Assembly (NCBI GenBank): GCA_002269645.1
Contig: NIVC01000327.1
Span: 434,001 to 498,000 of the forward strand
DNA length: 64,000 bases
From: Macrostomum lignano
Taxonomy: Eukaryota
Direction of reading: 5' to 3'
In this document: piece by piece, positions 48,255 to 61,904 of the stretch
Layout: each line of letters begins with the position of its first letter
Position numbering within the stretch: position 1 is the stretch's first letter
Made by a program: the position numbers and the translations under genes
Notes under the pieces: model-generated
The model's database searches: none
The model's input: only the letters and a program-made list of their open reading frames with translations
Told to the model about the DNA's origin: nothing

Positions 48255-51200
48255 TCTTCTTATATACTAAATCTCTAATCTATGTCTGTCTGTCTGTCCG
48301 TGTAAAACGCTCTACACATTGCAATTCTTGACCAATTTCGATCGCGTTTTCACCAAAAAGTTGCAACTCAACCAAGGATTGTATGGTTAACATTTCTTTT
48401 ATCTGCTTCAATTCTAAAGGTCTTAAATATTCAAAAAACTGTATTTTCCCTATCTAATTAGTGTATTTTTGTCGCAGCTCGAAAAATAATAATACGTCTA
48501 TGGCCATAGACTAAACTTTAACTTCTTGAGCTGATGCTACGAGCTATAAATAATTAAATTATTCGCAAGCTTCAGAGTATGCACGTGGGAGATAAAAATA
48601 TATTAAATTAATTTTCATTTATTTGTAGCCTGTGCCTGGACTAATCGAACATTTTTTGATTAAAAGCAACTACTAGCAATTTAAGCCCCCCGTTGGGGGA
48701 CGCAAGAATGACGCCAAGTGGTTTTTATTTTGGCCAATGAGTAATAACCTTACTTATTATTCAAAATCCATTAATCAAAACTTACTTTTTCTCATTTTTG
48801 GCAAAAATAAATTGCCATGAATCAAAACCTTCACCAGCCAAAGGCTAACTGGGAGGAATTGCTGAGATGTCAAGGCTTACTGGGGGAATTACTGAGATGT
48901 CAAGGCTTACTGAGGAAATTACTGAGATGTGAAGGCTTACTTGGGGGAATTGCTGCGATGTCGAGGCTTACTGGGGAAATTTCTGAGACTTCAAGGCTTA
49001 CTGGGGGAATTTCTGAGATTTGAAGGCTTACTCAGGAAATTGCTGAGATTTCAAGGCTTTCTTGGATGAATTGCTGAGTTGTCAAGGCTTACTAGGGGAA
49101 TTGCTGAGATGTGAAGGCTTACTTGGGGGAATTGCTGAGTTGTCAAGGCCTACTGGGGGAATTGCTGAGTTGTCAAGGCCTACTGGGGGAATTGCTGAGT
49201 TGTCAAGGCCTACTGGGAGAATTGCTGAGACTTCAAGGCTTACTGGGGGAATTGCTGAGTTGTCAAGGCTTACTGGGGGAATTGCTGAGACTTCAAGGCT
49301 TACTGGGGGAATTTCTGAGATTTCAAGGTTTACTGGGGGAATTGCTGAGTTGTCAAGGCCTACTGGGGGAATTGTGAGAAGTCAAGACTTACTGGAGGAA
49401 TTACTGAGATTCGAGACTTACTGGGGAATTACTGAGACTTCAAGGCTTACTGGGGGAATTGCTGAGATTTCAAGGCTTTCTTGGATGAATTGCTGAGATG
49501 TCAAGGCTTACTGGGGAAATTGCTTAGACTTCAAGACTTACTGGAAGAATAACTGAGATTCGAGACTTACTGGGGAGTTACTGAGATTTCAAGGCTTACT
49601 GGGGGGAATTGCTGAGATGTCAAGGCTTACTGGGGGAATTGCTGAATTGTCAAGGTTTACTGGGGGGAATTGCTGAAATGTCAAGGCTTACTGAGAGGAA
49701 TTGCTGAGATGTCAAGGCTTACTGGGGAAATTATTGAGATTTTATCAAGGCTTATGGCATATTGAGCTCCTGCTGCGGACCAGAATATGCCCAGGCCAAT
49801 GACGATATGCCCTAAGAGTTTGTGCTTGAAAGGATAAGTACTATTTGCTGAATGAGAAAGGGTTTTGGGCTGATGAAGGAAACTTTGGCTGGTGAAGGTT
49901 TTGATTCATGGCAATTTATTTTTGCCAAAAATTTGAAAAAGTAAGTTTTGATTGGATTTTGAATAATAAGTAAGGTTATTACTCATTGGCCAAAATAAAA
50001 ACCACTTGGCGTCATTTTTGCGCCCCCCCAACGGGGGGCTTAAATTGCTAGTCTTATATACTAAATCTCTAATCTATGTCTGTCTGTCTGTCCGTGTAAA
50101 ACGCTCTACACATTGCAATTCTTGACCAATTTCGATCGCGTTTTCACCAAAAAATTGCAACTCAGCCAAGGATTATATGGTTCAAAATTTCTTTTATCTG
50201 CTTCAATTCTAAAGGTCTTAAATATTCAAAAAACTGTATTTTCCCTATCTAATTAGTGTATTTTTCCCGCAGTGAGAGCTCGAAAAATAATAATACGTCT
50301 ATGGCCATAGACTAAAATTTAATTTCTTGAGCTGATGCTACGAGCTATAAATAATTAAATATTCGCAAGCTTCAGAGTATGCACGAGGGAGATAAAAATA
50401 TATTAAATTAATTTTCATTTATTTGTAGCTTGTGCCTGGACTAATCGAACATTTTTTTAGTAAAAGCAACTATTTTTTATTAATTAGTAATAATTAGCTT
50501 CGACTATCAGTTATCCCATCAATTGTTATTGCCTAAGGTCTAAGAAATCGCTAAAATGCAGACGATGTTGCTAAACTGCTGAAAGTATTGCTAAAAGCTG
50601 TGTTGTGCAAAAGATTGCAAAGTTGAAAAACGAAAAACTGCTGAGGTAGTTCCTCCAGACTTATAAGTGTATAGCTGCAAACTGCCGATGGGATAACTAT
50701 CTACAGAGTTTTAGTGGATAATAACTGTGAATGATTAATTGCAAGTTTATTGAGGGGATAACTGTATTCTGCTGAGTGAATTATTGTAGTTTGCTGATGT
50801 TAATGAAAGTTGTAGACGGCAAAGTGGATATCTGCAGGCTGTTAATAGTATGACTGCATTCTGTTTTGCGGGATTAGAAGAGAAGCTACAAGCTACAAGA
50901 ATTACTGAATTACTGTAGACAAGCAATAACAGGCATAGGCTAAGCAGATGGTAGGCAGTTAGAGTCTGCATTGAAGCAGCAAATTTATCTGGCTTACTGG
51001 GGGAATTGTTGAGATGTCAAGGCTTACTGGGGAAATTGCTGCAATCTCGAGGCTTACTGGACTGGGAGAATTGCGTACTCGTAGATGCCAAGGCTCGAGT
51101 TTAATTGCTGCGATGTCAAGGCTTACTGGGGGGATTTCTGAGATGTCAAGGCTTAATGGGGTAATTGCTGCGATGTCAAGGCTTACTGGGGAAATTGCTG

Positions 51201-52090
51201 AGATGTCATCAAGGCTTATGGCATATTGAGCTCCTGCTGCGGACCAGAATATGCCCAGGCCAATGACGATATGCACTAAGAGTTTGTGCTTGAAAGGATA
51301 AGTACTATTTGCTGAATGAGAAAGGGTTTTGGGCTGATGAAGGAAACTTTGGCTGGTGAAGGTTTTGATTCATGGCAACTGGGGGAATTGTTGAGTTGTC
51401 AAGGCTTACTGGGGGAATTGCTGAGATTTCAAGGCTTGCTGGGGGGAATTGCTGAGATGTCAAGGCTTACTGGGAGGAATTGCTGAGTTGTCAAGGCTTA
51501 CTGGGGGAATTGCTGAGACTTTAAGGCTTACTGGGGGAATTTCTGAGATTTCAAGGCTTACTCGGGGAATTGCTGAGATTTCAAGGCTTACTGGGGGGAA
51601 TTGCTGAGATGTCAAGGCTTACTGGGGGAATTGCTGAAATGTCAAGGCTTACTGGGAGAAATTGCTGAGATTTCAAGGCTTACTGGGGGAATTACTGAGA
51701 TGTCAAGGCTTACTGAGGGAATTACTGCGATGTGAAGGCCTACTTGGGGGAATTGCTGAGTTATCAAGGCCTACTGGGGGAATTGTGAGAAGTCAAGACT
51801 TACTGGAGGAATTACTGAGATTCGAGACTTACTGGGGAATTACTGAGAGTTCAAGGCTTACTGGGGGAATTGCTGAGACTTCAAGGCTTACTGGGGGAAT
51901 TTCTGAGATTTCAAGGCTTACTCAGGAAATTGCTGAGATTTCAAGGCTTACTCAGGAAATTGCTGAGATGTCAAGGCTTACTGGGGGAATTTCTGAGATT
52001 TCAAGGCTTACTGGGGGGAATTGCTGAATTGTCAAGGTTTACTGGGGGAATTGCTGAGATGTCAAGGCTTACTGGGGAAATTATTGAGAT
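44870..52090. repeat. 30-bp minisatellite arrays within Helitron units H2-H4 (discontinuous)
   Basis: GGGGGAATTGCTGAGATGTCAAGGCTTACT. Confidence 0.95.
48255..50051 (+). mobile_element. Helitron unit H3 (contains an inverted 3' end at 48673-48843)
   Basis: Same 5' and 3' termini as H2. Confidence 0.85.
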
Positions 52091-52403
52091 GTCATCAAGG
52101 CTTATGGCATATCGAGCTCCTGCTGCGGACCAGAATATGCCCAGGCCAATGACGATATGCCCTAAGAGTTTGTGCTTGAAAGGATAAGTACTATTTGCTG
52201 AATGAGAAAGGGTTTTGGTCTGATGAAGGAAACTTTGGCTGGTGAAGGTTTTGATTCATGGCAATTTATTTTTGCCAAAAATGAGAAAAAGTAAGTTTTG
52301 ATTAATGGATTTTGAATAATAAGTAAGGCTTTTACTCATAGGCCAAAATAAAAACCACTTGGCGTCATTCTTGCGCCCCCCAACGCGGGGCTTAAATTGC
52401 TAG
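50052..52403 (+). mobile_element. Helitron unit H4
   Basis: Same 5' and 3' termini as H2 and H3. Confidence 0.85.
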
Positions 52404-55400
52404 TCTATGTAATCTAATCTATGTCTGTCTGTCCGTGTAAAACGCTCTGCAGACTGCAATTCTTGACCAATTTCGATCGCGTTTTCACCAAAAAATTGCA
52501 ACTCAACCAAGGATTATATGGTTAACACTTCTTTTATCTGCTTCAATTCTAAAGGTCTTAAATATTCAAAAAACTGTATTTTCCCTATCTAATTAGTGTA
52601 TTTTTGTCGCAGCTCGAAAAATAATAATACGTCTATGGCCATAGACTAAACTTTAACTTCTTGACCTGATGCTACGAGCTATAAATAATTAAATATTCGC
52701 AAGCTTCAGAGTATGCACGTGGGAGATAAAATATGCGTATAATAAATTAATTTTCATTTATTTGTAGCTTGTGCCTGCCTGGACTAATCGCTAAATTGCA
52801 GACGATGCAAAATCTTCGTTGCATTGATGTGCAAAAGACTGCCAATATCTATCAAAAATTGATTATATAATGAGCCGTACAATTATTGAAAGGATCATTG
52901 CAGCTTCCTGAGGATACTGAGGGGCCAGCAAAGAGAAAAACTGCAGACTGCTGAGAATGAGAATTTTTGTATACTGCAAATGGAATGACCGCAGGTTGCT
53001 GAGGAGAACTGCAGATTGTCGAAGGGATCATTCATTTAGACGCGGGACGCGTTGTTTGCTGCTGATGGAGTGCGAAATGATGCCGACCCAAAATCAGTTG
53101 GGAAGCAAGTGTTTCTCTCCTCCAGCTTTGTGGGAGGGCCCCGCTATATGATGGAGCGACTCCAGGATGCGATGGCCTACGTGCACAAATTCGGCAAGCC
53201 GGATCTGTTCGTGACGGCCACATGCAACACCAGATGGCAAGAGATCACAGACGAGCTGCTGCCCGGACAGAAGCCTGAGGACCGGCCGGACATTGTCAGC
53301 CGCGTGTTCCAGCTTAAGAAGAAGGCTCTGATGGACAGGCTGAAGAAGAGATTTGGAACTGTGGTTGCGCACATTTGTTCGCTGGAATACCAGAAGCGCG
53401 GTGAGCCAGTCAGTTTTTTTGCTGACCTCATTATTTAGTATTTTGGAATTTCTGTCTTTAGCCATTTTTAGTTCGTAGCTTACATATTTAATTTACTTTT
53501 TGAATTTAATTTTAATCCAACGAGCCTAAATATTTTGTTTGAATTTTCTAGGCATAAATGGGATGCTAATATTTTGGATTTTTACTAAATCATAATTTTC
53601 ACATCGTTTACCAAACACTCTTCTGTGTATTCAGCTCACTGATCAGTATATTCTATCCAGGTCTGCCGCACGTGCACATTCTTCTTTGGATGGTGAGCGG
53701 GAACCGCGTGAATCCGGACCGATACGACGAGATTGTCTGTGCAGAGATCCCGGATCCTCGGACTCAGCCATTACTGCACGAGCTGGTAAAGACACATATG
53801 ATTCACGGGCCGTGCGGGACAGTGAATCCGAACTGTGTCTGCATGGAGGGCGGAAGATGCACCAAGAACTTTCCGAAGGAATATCTGTCGGCCACTCTGG
53901 TTAATGACTTCGGCTATCCGCACTACAGACGGCGATCCCCGGAAATGGGAGGATTCGTAGTGGACAAGCCGTTCAGAGGCCGAAGCGTTCGAATGGACAA
54001 TCGGTGAGTCAGCAAGGCATCTTGCAAGGAACTAAGCCTGCATGAGTGCTCACTTTTACTATTGGCTTCTCTGATCTCACTCACTCACTCACTGACTCAA
54101 TCACTCACTGACTCACTCACTGACTCACTCACTTACTCACTCACTCACTGACTCACTCACTCACTCATTCACTCACACCTTTTGCCCCGTCGTTCACCCA
54201 CTCTTTTATTTGTATTTTCAGCCACTATATACCCAGTTTTCTGCTCCTGAAAACTCTCCAGGTTTGTTGTGCCCTACAATCCTAGCCTGCTGCTGGAATT
54301 CGAATGCCACATGAACGTAGAAATCTGTGCCTCGGTGAAATCAGTTAAGTACATAATTAAGTACTTATTGAAAGGCGGTGATATGGCATCCTTTCGGTTG
54401 ACACAGGCGAATGGCTCCGCACAGTCCGAGCAGTCGGCAGCCAGCGAGGCGCCGCAGGCTGGGAAACAGCGAGACCAAGGTGCAGCAGTTGCGCAAGCAC
54501 GCGATGAGATTGCGGAATACCTGTCTGCTCGGTACATTGGTCCAATGGAGGCAGTTAATACTATCCTGGGCTTCGAAGTAAGTGCAGAGAATTTATTTTT
54601 AAATTGTCAATGGTATTTTTCCATGCCTATTTTTTCATGCGTGAGCATGTATTTGTTCATTCAATTTAATCTGATGCGTCTGTGGCCCTTTAAATTAAAG
54701 AGAAAATCAGTTCTAAAATTCCGCTTTCTACCAGGTCCACAACAGATCCCCAGCCGTCATTCGCCTGTGCGTGCACAATCGCAATGAGCAGCTGGTTTAC
54801 TTCAACGAAGCAACCGCGAGCGCAAGGGCGAGGGCGCCAAAAGATTCTACACTGACGGCTTTCTTCAAGCTATGTCGCATTGATGAGTTTGCTCGCAGAC
54901 TGCTCTATACGGAAATGCCGTCTTACTTCACGTGGCACCAGAGCGCCAGGGAGTGGCGTCGCGCCAAGCGCGGTGCCGAAGTTGAAGGACATCCGGGCGT
55001 GAGGCGGAGCACCAACATCTCTCGAATGTACACCGTGTCTCCGAGAGCTGGCGACCTGTTCTTCGCGCGTCTTTTGCTGCTGCACGTGAGGGGACCGACC
55101 AGCTATGAGGCACTGCGGACCGTGGACGGCGTGCTGTTTGCTGATTCGAAAGCTGCGTGCATGGCTTTGGGTCTGCTGCAGCAAGATGATCACTGGCAGA
55201 GGTGCCTAGCGGAGGCTGCGCAGTCACGGATGCCGCGAGCTCTGAGGCACTTGCTGGCAGTCATCCTCATTTGGGGTGAACCTTATGACGGCAAAAATCT
55301 GTGGCGCAGCTTTGCCGATGACCTGTGCGAAGATCTGCGTTATTATCACCCGGAGCTGAGCGTCGAGGAGGTGACCGACTTGGCGCTGCGCGAGGTGCAG

Positions 55401-57326
55401 GACATGCTGACAGCCATGGGCGGCTTCAGCTTGCAAGAGTACGGACTGCCTACGGCCTCTGCTGCACCCCAAGTAGGGCTGCTGCAGTTCGACCCGGTCG
55501 AGCAGGCTGAGATCGCCGAGATGCGAGTTCCACAGCTGACCGAAGAGCAACGGGTTGTGTTCGACTCCATCACTGCGGATCTGACCACTGGCACTGGCGG
55601 TCTGCACTTTGTAGATGCGCCGGCAGGAACAGGAAAGACATTTCTTCTGGAGGTGCTGCTGGCTTTCGTACCCAGCAGGCGAGAAGTCGCCATTGCTGTC
55701 GCAGCATCCGGCATCGCTGCCACCCTGCTGCCTGGCGGAAAGACGGCGCACTCGACGTGAGTTTATTTGACAAAAATATGGAAACAAAACACAAAACAGC
55801 TTCATGTAGTACGAGTATGCAGTAATGTATGTCTCACATTACATAAATCTGCCTTCTTGGATAGATAAAATAGCATTCAATTTTCACTTACAGTTCAACA
55901 GGATTCCTTTTTTTTGTAAATTTTGCTGCTGGATGTAATTGTATTAGAAAATTGTTTGAAACCTGCATAATTTGAATTGAAATTTCCTGGCTGTCCAGGT
56001 TCGGTATTCCGGTTCGCCTGGTGCGCTCAGACAGGGACGTCTGCAGTGTCGGCGCTCAGTCGCAGAAGGCTGCCTTTCTCAGGAGCACCCGCCTCATTGT
56101 CTGGGACGAGATATCCATGACCCACCGGAAGGACTTGGAATCCGTCGACAGGACCCTGCGTGACGTCCGGAAGCAAAATTCTCTCTTTGGAGGAGTGGTG
56201 CTGGTGTGCGCTGGGGACTTCCGCCAGCTGCTTCCAGTTGTGAAGAATAGCACCAGGGCTAACAATGTTGAGGCCTGCGTCAGCAGATCCGGCTTGTGGC
56301 AGTCGTTCCGGCGGCACCGCCTGACAAGGAACATCCGGTTGCTAAGCAGTTCTGATGATGCGCTGTCTCAACGGTATTCGCATATGCTGATGCAGGTGTG
56401 TTTGAGGGTAGTAATCATATATGTTAGTTGGTTTCTTGTGTTTCTCCTGTGACATTTGCTTCTTCTATTTATTCTGTTTTCCTCCTTGTCGGATATCATC
56501 GTTAATTTTGCTTGGTGATAATAGATACGGCATGATATAGATAGATACCCTCCGTCTTCAGATCGGTTCTGGCACTACCGAGTACGACTCAGAGGGGGGA
56601 ATCTCCCTTCCTTCGGAGATCCTGCTGCCGCCAGACGCCTCACTGGGAGACCTGATCGAGTTCGTCTATCCCTCGTTCGAAGCATCCGAGGTCAGAGACA
56701 GTTTCTTTGCGACCCGTGCGATCTTGGCGCCGTACAACGACTCGGTTGACGCAATCAACGATCAGTGTCTGGCGATGTTTCCCGGCAGCCAGCGCGAGTA
56801 CCGGTCGATTGACAGCGTGCCCGATGAGGACTCGGCCACCCACTTCCCGCCGGAACTGCTCAACCGGTTGGACGCACCGAACTTGCCAAAGCACCAGCTC
56901 AGGGTCAAAGTGGGCATGCCGGTGGTCCTGCTGCGGAACATCAACCCGCCTCGGCTGTGCAACGGCACCCGGCTCATCGTCCTGGCACTAGGAGACAATG
57001 TACTGCGCTGCAAAGTGGCGGCCGGCCAGTACGTAGGCGATGAAATACTGCTGCCTCGGATCCCGCTCGTGCCAAACAACGCAGACTTGCCAATTCGCTT
57101 CAAGCGGCTACAGTTTCCGATCAAGGCCAGCTTCTGCCTGACTATTCACAAGTCGCAGGGCCAGTCGCTGGAGACCGTCGGCATCGACCTGGCTGATGGC
57201 TGCTTTGCCCACGGGCAGCTTTACACGGCGCTGTCTCGGGCCAAAGATGCTGCCAATGTTCGCGTCCGCATTTCCGATAATAAGACGCGTAACATTTTGT
57301 ACCCAGAGGTGCTTTCTAGAGATTAA
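52404..57326 (+). mobile_element. Helitron unit H5 carrying the RepHel 3' portion (3' terminus not identified)
   Basis: Shared 5' module, followed by Rep and helicase exons. Confidence 0.85.
53043..57326 (+). CDS. Helitron RepHel (HUH Rep plus PIF1-like helicase), 5'-truncated, 6 exons
   Basis: Exons 53043-53400, 53661-54003, 54262-54577, 54735-55756, 55999-56395, 56562-57326, all phase-compatible. Motifs: FVTATCN, EYQKRGLPHVH, KYIIKY, DAPAGTGKT, WDEISM, GDFRQLLPV, TIHKSQGQSL, HGQLYTALSRA. Confidence 0.95.
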
Positions 57327-58550
57327 GAGACCCTTAATAAAGACGTGCCAGTTAGCCGCCTTTAGACCAGTTAATAGAACACTAGCCCTCTAATCGACTG
57401 ACCAGTTACGAGCTAATGAGCCTCTTAATTAGGGGCAAGTTGGTGAGTAGATAAGAGACCAATTGATGTGTTGCTTTAGAAGGCAGGCAGCCAGCATTAT
57501 TCCTGAGACTTTCTATACTTAATCTGTTTTTTAAATTAAAAATTACAGTTGTTTCCGCTTGTATCTGCTGCTGTTTTTTCTTTTCCCTTTGTATTGAATC
57601 GATAAGTGATTTTACTTACTTATTACTCAAAAAAGCATAGATATTTTGGCTTCTTAAAGTGAGTCCACATATTGCATTTTATTTACAAACATTGGCCCAG
57701 TTATATTAGCACGATTTTTAGTAGCGTTTTTCATTATTTCGATGTTGGTGACTGCCTTGACAACTAGCAGCAAGCATTATCTGTATTAAAAGTGCAGTAT
57801 ATTTTCGATATAAACTTCATGGCAGTGCATGTTATTACAACAGTTTATGTTTAATAGTCTAAAATATTTACAAGGTCGATTTCGATTAAAAACAATCTAA
57901 TATAGCACTTTTCGTACAATCGGATTGCTTGCTGTTGCATCAGGGAAGGGCCTCCCTCTCGGTTATCAAGAAACCCTGATGAACAGAAGTCAAGGCAAAA
58001 GGAAGCAGACAACTGGCATTTTCTGTGACAGTGGCTAACCTGAAAAATTATCTCAAACAATTTTACTGCCCGTATAAACTTCACTGCTTAAATTAAAAAC
58101 TCTGCCAAATAGCCATGCGATTGATTGTCTGCTTCTGAGTCACAACGAGAGGGAATTGAGTTCTTTTTAGGAAGCTATCAATGTCAAAAGGCCTAGCTTC
58201 CTTCTCAAACCTTCTGAAGTACACTCGTTTATAAATACTTTATTATTCGCTAAATGAGAATAACTTGGCTATCCATTTCCTATTGCCAATTAGAAATAGG
58301 AGGTTGGGGCCTAAAAAAATTCGGTGCTCATTATTTTCGTACTTTTGTCCCAGGTGAATTGACATTGCACAGTCACCAACATTGAGGAATGTAAAATTTT
58401 AGAGCTTTTTAGAGCTCTCAGTAAAATTGGTATTAAAACTGTTTAGAGATTTCCTACTGCGGAACTCCTTGGGGATTAGTAGCATTTGCTCAGCGACTGT
58501 GCAAAACTACTTATAGACAAGCGCTAAACTACTAAGAAGCCACCCGGAGG

Positions 58551-58720
58551 GGGCCAGTCGCTGGTGACCGTTGGCATCGAACTGACTGACGGCTGCTTCG
58601 CCTACGGCCAACTGTATACTGCGCTGTCTCGAGCAAAAGATACTGCCAATGTTCGTGTTCGGATATCAGGCAATCGAACGAGAAACATTGTGTACCCAGA
58701 GGTGCTTTCTGATGATTAGG
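58551..58720 (+). pseudogene. Second, diverged Helitron helicase C-terminal fragment
   Basis: GQSLVTVGIELTDGCFAYGQLYTALSRAKDTANVRVRISGNRTRNIVYPEVLSDD*; a paralogue of ~57165-57326. Confidence 0.9.
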
Positions 58721-58789
58721 CTGCTCAACATTGTAATTGCCTCGAGTTTTTTTAATAATCCTCGACGCTTTTAATAATTTGGAATCTTG

Positions 58790-61425
58790 AGTAAGCTTGA
58801 GCCGAGTGGCTATACATAATACGTAGTGCGTGCTATCTAAACGCTCAGCCTTCGACAATATTTTGCTGATGTAGTGCACTGGACGACCCTCCTGGCTCAG
58901 AATTCCTCCCAGGGCCTTCTGCGAAGCATCGAACTCGAGCTCCACAGGCCGATCTGGATCATAGGCCGTTAGCTGCGCAGCTCTAGATATTGAAGCTTTG
59001 GGGTTTCCCAGCGCCTTGCTCTGTTTCGGTCCCCACTCGAAGGGTACATTTTTTTGCTTCAGCTGCATCAGCGGAGCAGTCAGGTCACCTAAATTCTGAA
59101 TGAACCGTGAGCAAAATGCCACTAAGCCCAGGAATGATTCTAGCTCAGCCAGGTTTTTAGGCGCTTCCATGTCTTTAATTGCACGAACTTTTTCTTCGTC
59201 TGGGTAAATGTTGCCGTTTTCGAGTATGTGGCCCAAAAACCGAATCCTGCTTTGATTCCGCTGGCACTTCTTATTTACACGAAGTCCCTCTGCTTCCAGC
59301 CGCTGCAGAACCTCCTCCTCTCTTGACAACAGCTCGTCCTCGTTCTTTCCACCGATCAACACATCATCTATGTAGGCTATAGATCCATTAATTCCCTGAA
59401 TTACTTCTGAGATATATCTTTGGAAAATGGACGGCGCCGTTTTTATCCCGAACACTAGTCTGTTATATTGGTAATTCCCAAATGGTGTTGACATCACTGT
59501 TAGCGGCTTTGATCCGGCATCCAGCTCGATTTGATTGTAGGTTTTCTCCAAGTCGAGCAGTGTGTGTCGCTTGCAGCCAGATACTACTGAAAACGCCTCT
59601 TCCGGAGTCGGCATCGGGTAGCTGTCAGGTACCAATTGCGGGTTTAGAGTCCTTTTGTAATCCACGCAGAGCCGAATTCCTCCACGTTGTTTCGGCACGA
59701 CCACAATAGGCGATGCCCACTCTGCGAAACGTACAGGCTCTATGATTCCTCCTGGAGCAATCGATCTATCTCTCTCGAACAGCTTCACGTTAGGCAGAAG
59801 GCAGCGGCCTTGCCTTTATGTGATTCGGTGTCGCGCCCGCCTTTAACTCTAGATGCGCTTTCATAGATGCACAAGGTGCCGCCTCTCCCACAGCCTGACT
59901 TGATTCCAGATGGACACAAGGCACGTCCCTTCCAAGAAGAGCGTAGCTCTTGTTCACTTTCACAACTTCAAATTGATTGACCGAAATTTGCCTTCGATAT
60001 CAACAGTTGCTTCATACCTTCCCAATACATGAAATGTATGGTCACTCGCATAGCCTCCCAGCTTTACGTCCGAAGGTCTTAGAGTTGGGCGACCAAGTTG
60101 GTTCCACAAGGCTTCTGACAAGATCGAACTCCAGCTCCCGTATCGAGCTCGAAACGGATGGGATGCCCTCTGTTTGCTTCGAGAATCTTCACCGTGATAG
60201 CAATCGGCTATCGAGGCTGCTGTCGCTGACAACACCTTCAGGCTTCCGCCGCGAAAATGTTTCCACTCCCAGCTACATGTTGTACAGAATTTCCGCCTGA
60301 TGTCCTGCTTTTACTCTCACCATTTCTGCAGACCTTCGCAAAATGATTAGGCTTACCGCACTTATTGCAACTTTTCCCAAACGGGGGGCACTGCATCCTG
60401 GCATGTGCGCGTCGACACTTTTGACACGCCTTCTCGAGACCCTTTCCGTGAGTCTGATTGCTCTTCTTTTCGACGGTTCTAGGCGGTTCTAGTTGTACAG
60501 AATTTCCGCCTGATGTCCTGCTTTTACTCTCACCATTTCTGCAGACCTTCGCAAAATGATTAGGCTTACCACACTTATTGCAACTTTTCCCAAACGGGGG
60601 GCACTGCATCCTGGCATGTGCGCGTCGACACTTTTGACACGCCTTCTCTAGACCCTTTCCGTGAGTCTGATTGCTCTTCTTTTCGACGGCTCTAGGCTTC
60701 GATAAATCGACCTTTAGGATGGACCCAGCATCAGTTTTTGGTGCACTCTTCATAATAGGAGTCTCCAACAGACTTGCATGCGCTTCTGCTTCGCTAGCTG
60801 CGTCCTTAAAACTGAGCTTCTTGTGATCTTTGACGATAAGCTTCCTAATAATGCCTTGGTTGTTTCGGCCGCAAATGAACTGATCACGCAGTCTTTCGTC
60901 CTTGTTTTGAAACTCACAATTTTCTGCCGCTTTGATCAATCGCTCGGAGAACACTCGCACTGTTTTGTTTGGTTCTCGTCTTTTACTTTGAAAATTGAAT
61001 CTTTCGGCAAGGACGTACGTTTTGGGCAGCATTATTTCCTCCAGCGCTGTTTTCAGCTCGTCGAATTTCTTATCTCCAGGCTTTTTGGGCGCCAGATAGT
61101 CCGCCAGTTTTTCAAACAGCTGCGGTGCGAGTCTCAAAAGCAGCACCTGAGCCTTGTCGGTCGCGCTCCAGTTGAAGAACTTCGACGCGATCTCGAGGCG
61201 ATCCATCCATCGCTCCAGGCTAGAGTTCTCGTCCAATCGCTCTATTTCGGCCATTCTCGACGTTGGACGGCTGCTTTGGTTCGACAAAGTCGCATCCTGT
61301 GAGAGCATGCTCGGAGCTATTGCTGCAATCTTCACTGTAGACTTCACTGGTGTCTTACCAGGTACTTTTCCTGGTGACTTCGACATATCTCGCAAGTTGA
61401 CTAAGTCCAAAAGCTTGCGACGCCA
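58790..61425 (-). mobile_element. Decayed Ty3/Gypsy gag-pol (element 3)
   Basis: PBS-like TGGCGTCGC at 61425-61417; Gag (RWMDRLE...LAERFNFQSKRREP...LRDQFICG); knuckles; protease remnant; RT (WASPIVVVPK, YIDD); RNase H start (DASQKALGGILSQ). No integrase; frameshifted. Confidence 0.9.
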
Positions 61426-61431
61426 CTGCTA

Positions 61432-61567
61432 TGTATGCACTAAGGAGACTGAGTCATTCGGTCGTTGTCAGACGATTGCGAGAGTTTTGTACTCATATAT
61501 TTCAGAGCGCTCACGCCAAGCGTCTTCTAGGCCTCTTGGCTTTCTTTAATTTCTGCTCTGATGTACA
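61432..61567 (-). mobile_element. Possible short or truncated 5' LTR of element 3
   Basis: TGTACA...CATACA just upstream of the PBS-like motif. Confidence 0.3.
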
Positions 61568-61904
61568 TTATAAAATAAAATTACTGTGGTGGTTCCCAGG
61601 TGTCTATGGCCCTGAGCCCACACACAGCATTTTCAGTATTCTCACAGTATTCTCTCAATGTTTAACAGCGCTTGTTGCCAAACGTTCTGCCAAAAAGTCT
61701 GCCAGCTGGCAGAAAAAGCGTTGCGCCAATATTTTGGCAATTGGAAAGAAAAGCCGCCTCCCCACTTGGTGGTCTTTCGTGCTATGAACTGACTAAAAAA
61801 CTAACCCTTGCTACAGCTGCTCCTGCTGCAGCTGCTACTGCTGCAGCTGTTAGTGCGCCGACTGCCCGTGCGGCAGCTACTCCAGCTGCGGCTGCTCCTG
61901 CCGT

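Noticed and set aside
57851-58084. ORF with a faint HECT-like GGP motif
   Set aside because: Too short and degenerate to support.
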